A stretch of 64,000 bases of DNA, from assembly GCF_020745735.1 (NCBI RefSeq), contig NC_083409.1, positions 9,537,534 to 9,601,533 of the forward strand, written 5' to 3'. The DNA is from Hemiscyllium ocellatum. Taxonomy: Eukaryota. Positions 62,500 to 64,000 of this stretch are shown one piece after another. A program made the position numbers and the translations under genes. The first letter of the stretch is position 1; every line of letters begins with the position of its first letter. The notes under the pieces are model-generated. The model was not told the DNA's origin and searched no databases. It was given only the letters and a program-made list of their open reading frames with translations.

Positions 62500-62756
62500 A
62501 TTTATCCTATTTATTTTAAATCTTCACAGAACTACTGATCTACAGGGGCTCCAACCCCACAAAACACAGGGGCCTCTAACCCCACAAGATTCTGTTTTTA
62601 GTACCTATTTAAACAATCTCATTTTGGGTACTGTCCGGGTACCGTGAGAATGAAATGGGGGAAGCAGCACACAAAGAAACAGACCGAGAGCAATTGAGAC
62701 CGACCCTTGGGTGAAGCTGCTCTTTTCTGGTTTCATTCAAACGCATCCCTTGTTGG

Positions 62757-62775
62757 AACCCTGCTCGCAGCGCCA
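62757..62775 (-). other. Primer-binding site complementary to tRNA-Ser (TGA/CGA type)
   Basis: TGGCGCTGCGAGCAGGGTT, 3 nt after the LTR; its complement AACCCTGCTCGCAGCGCCA resembles the 3' end of vertebrate tRNA-Ser(TGA/CGA) as recalled, not database-checked. Confidence 0.75.
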
Positions 62776-62778
62776 AAT

Positions 62779-63422
62779 TGATAAAGTACAGATTTGAGAT
62801 TGCCCAGGGAATCCCTTGTGAACTCAACCTGTAAGCCCCTTGGTTCATCCCGGAGATCGTACTTTTGGAAGTCTGGAATAAAACATTAACCTCTTCCAGA
62901 CAGTCCAGTTTAATTTTAGTCATCCCCTTAATTTACTAATAACATCACTGTTCCAACATAACACTGACACCTATAAGCCAGGTTGACTGGATTCTAAAAA
63001 CCCAGGGGAGTAGGATATCGCTCTTCCTTCAAGAGCCCTGGCAGGTTACTCTGTTGTACTATCACAGACAGGCTACCGTTATACGAATGTTTACATACGC
63101 TGTACTGTCAAGAATAGGCTTTCTTTGGACAAAAAGTTAACAAAAGCACTGCTTGTTCTAAATGAGACAGATAACAGTGAAGGACAATAATTTGGGAGAG
63201 AAGTTAATTGACACCAAATTATTAATTTCACAAAGGGTCAGCTGTGAATGTTATCACTTGGTGTCCTCTTCATGCAGATTCTCTGATGCTCAGGAAAATG
63301 TTCTTAATTGCCTTACACTCCAGCCTCTCTATTTTCTGTGGACAGCAAATGTGTTCTATAATTCAACATTACATTTTAGTCTAAAAGTTACAGGACAAGT
63401 TTTAAGGCTATAGACTTTCTCA
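62779..63422 (-). mobile_element. ERV 5' LTR, short form (644 bp)
   Basis: Minus strand TGAGAAAGTC...CTTTATCA; homologous to both ends of 55006-56654. Confidence 0.85.
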
Positions 63423-63439
63423 AACAAAACGTAAGAGAG

Positions 63440-64000
63440 CTTGCCCAAGTCTGGTAAGGAGGACCGATTGGCAAACTTGAATAAAGACCAGAATGAAGAA
63501 CACACTAATGGACTGATGTGTTCAGAGAGAAGGCATCCAAGGCAGCACTGGAGACAGACACCAATATTAATGCTGATGTGTCTGTGTGTTCTTCCAGTAC
63601 ACAAAGGGAGGACTTTTCACTAAGTATCCACAAGAACTCCAACTCCTCTGTTGGGTTTACTGAACAGGGAAAAGCACCAACTCGAGACTCAATTTAAAGT
63701 ACCATTCCTCGAGCCTCCATCTGAGGAATTTCACGTGGAACACATGGACATTAAAGGAGAGGAACCCAAGGACAATGGTGAGGATAGTGAAGACTTTAAC
63801 AGAGATGATCTGAAGAGCAGTGATTCAAAGGCCAATTCTTTGGTTGATATGATATTGTCTTCCTTTTGTCAAGGATTTCTTGCTATTGAACAATTGCAAG
63901 AAATCACAAAGTCTGTAGCTGAGAAGGTTTGGCTCACTAATCAATGATTCCAGTTCAAATTGGATATTGAATCCTGGCCCAGGTCACCTTCCAAGGATCT
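63440..64000 (+). other. Unidentified coding-like or repeat-like segment (acidic 98-aa ORF 63651-63947)
   Basis: Acidic ORF with no recognised domain, no ATG start and no evident splice sites; probably another retroelement relic. Confidence 0.25.

Noticed and set aside
62757-62775. tRNA-Ser gene
   Set aside because: Only 19 nt of match, placed directly after the LTR, so it is a primer-binding site.

Overview
Eukaryotic DNA from a cartilaginous fish, probably a carpet or bamboo shark (inferred from the Ig sequence and the SINE/CR1/Penelope repeat set). The window holds one intact, unrearranged kappa-type (shark type III/NS4-like) Ig light-chain V-J-C minicluster on the + strand: leader 9105-9153, V 9340-9637 with a perfect 12-RSS, J 10132-10166 with a 23-RSS, an 11.2-kb intron, C 21412-21740 and AATAAA at 22235. 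The 28-41 kb interval looks like a graveyard of cluster remnants: an inverted 5'-truncated C-kappa copy with its 3'UTR, a possible decayed V of another light-chain type, duplicated flank blocks and a strong CTCF motif. Most other sequence is decayed CR1 LINE, tRNA-derived SINE, Penelope-like elements whose ends carry minimal hammerhead ribozyme cores, and minisatellites. At 53.6-54.2 kb a CpG-island promoter starts an unidentified gene. An antisense, internally deleted class I endogenous retrovirus follows (55006-63422) with a tRNA-Ser PBS and discordant LTRs, and its long 3' LTR contains an in-frame candidate exon 2 of that gene. No CRISPR, rRNA or true tRNA genes were seen. Repeat boundaries are approximate and identities are estimated by eye.
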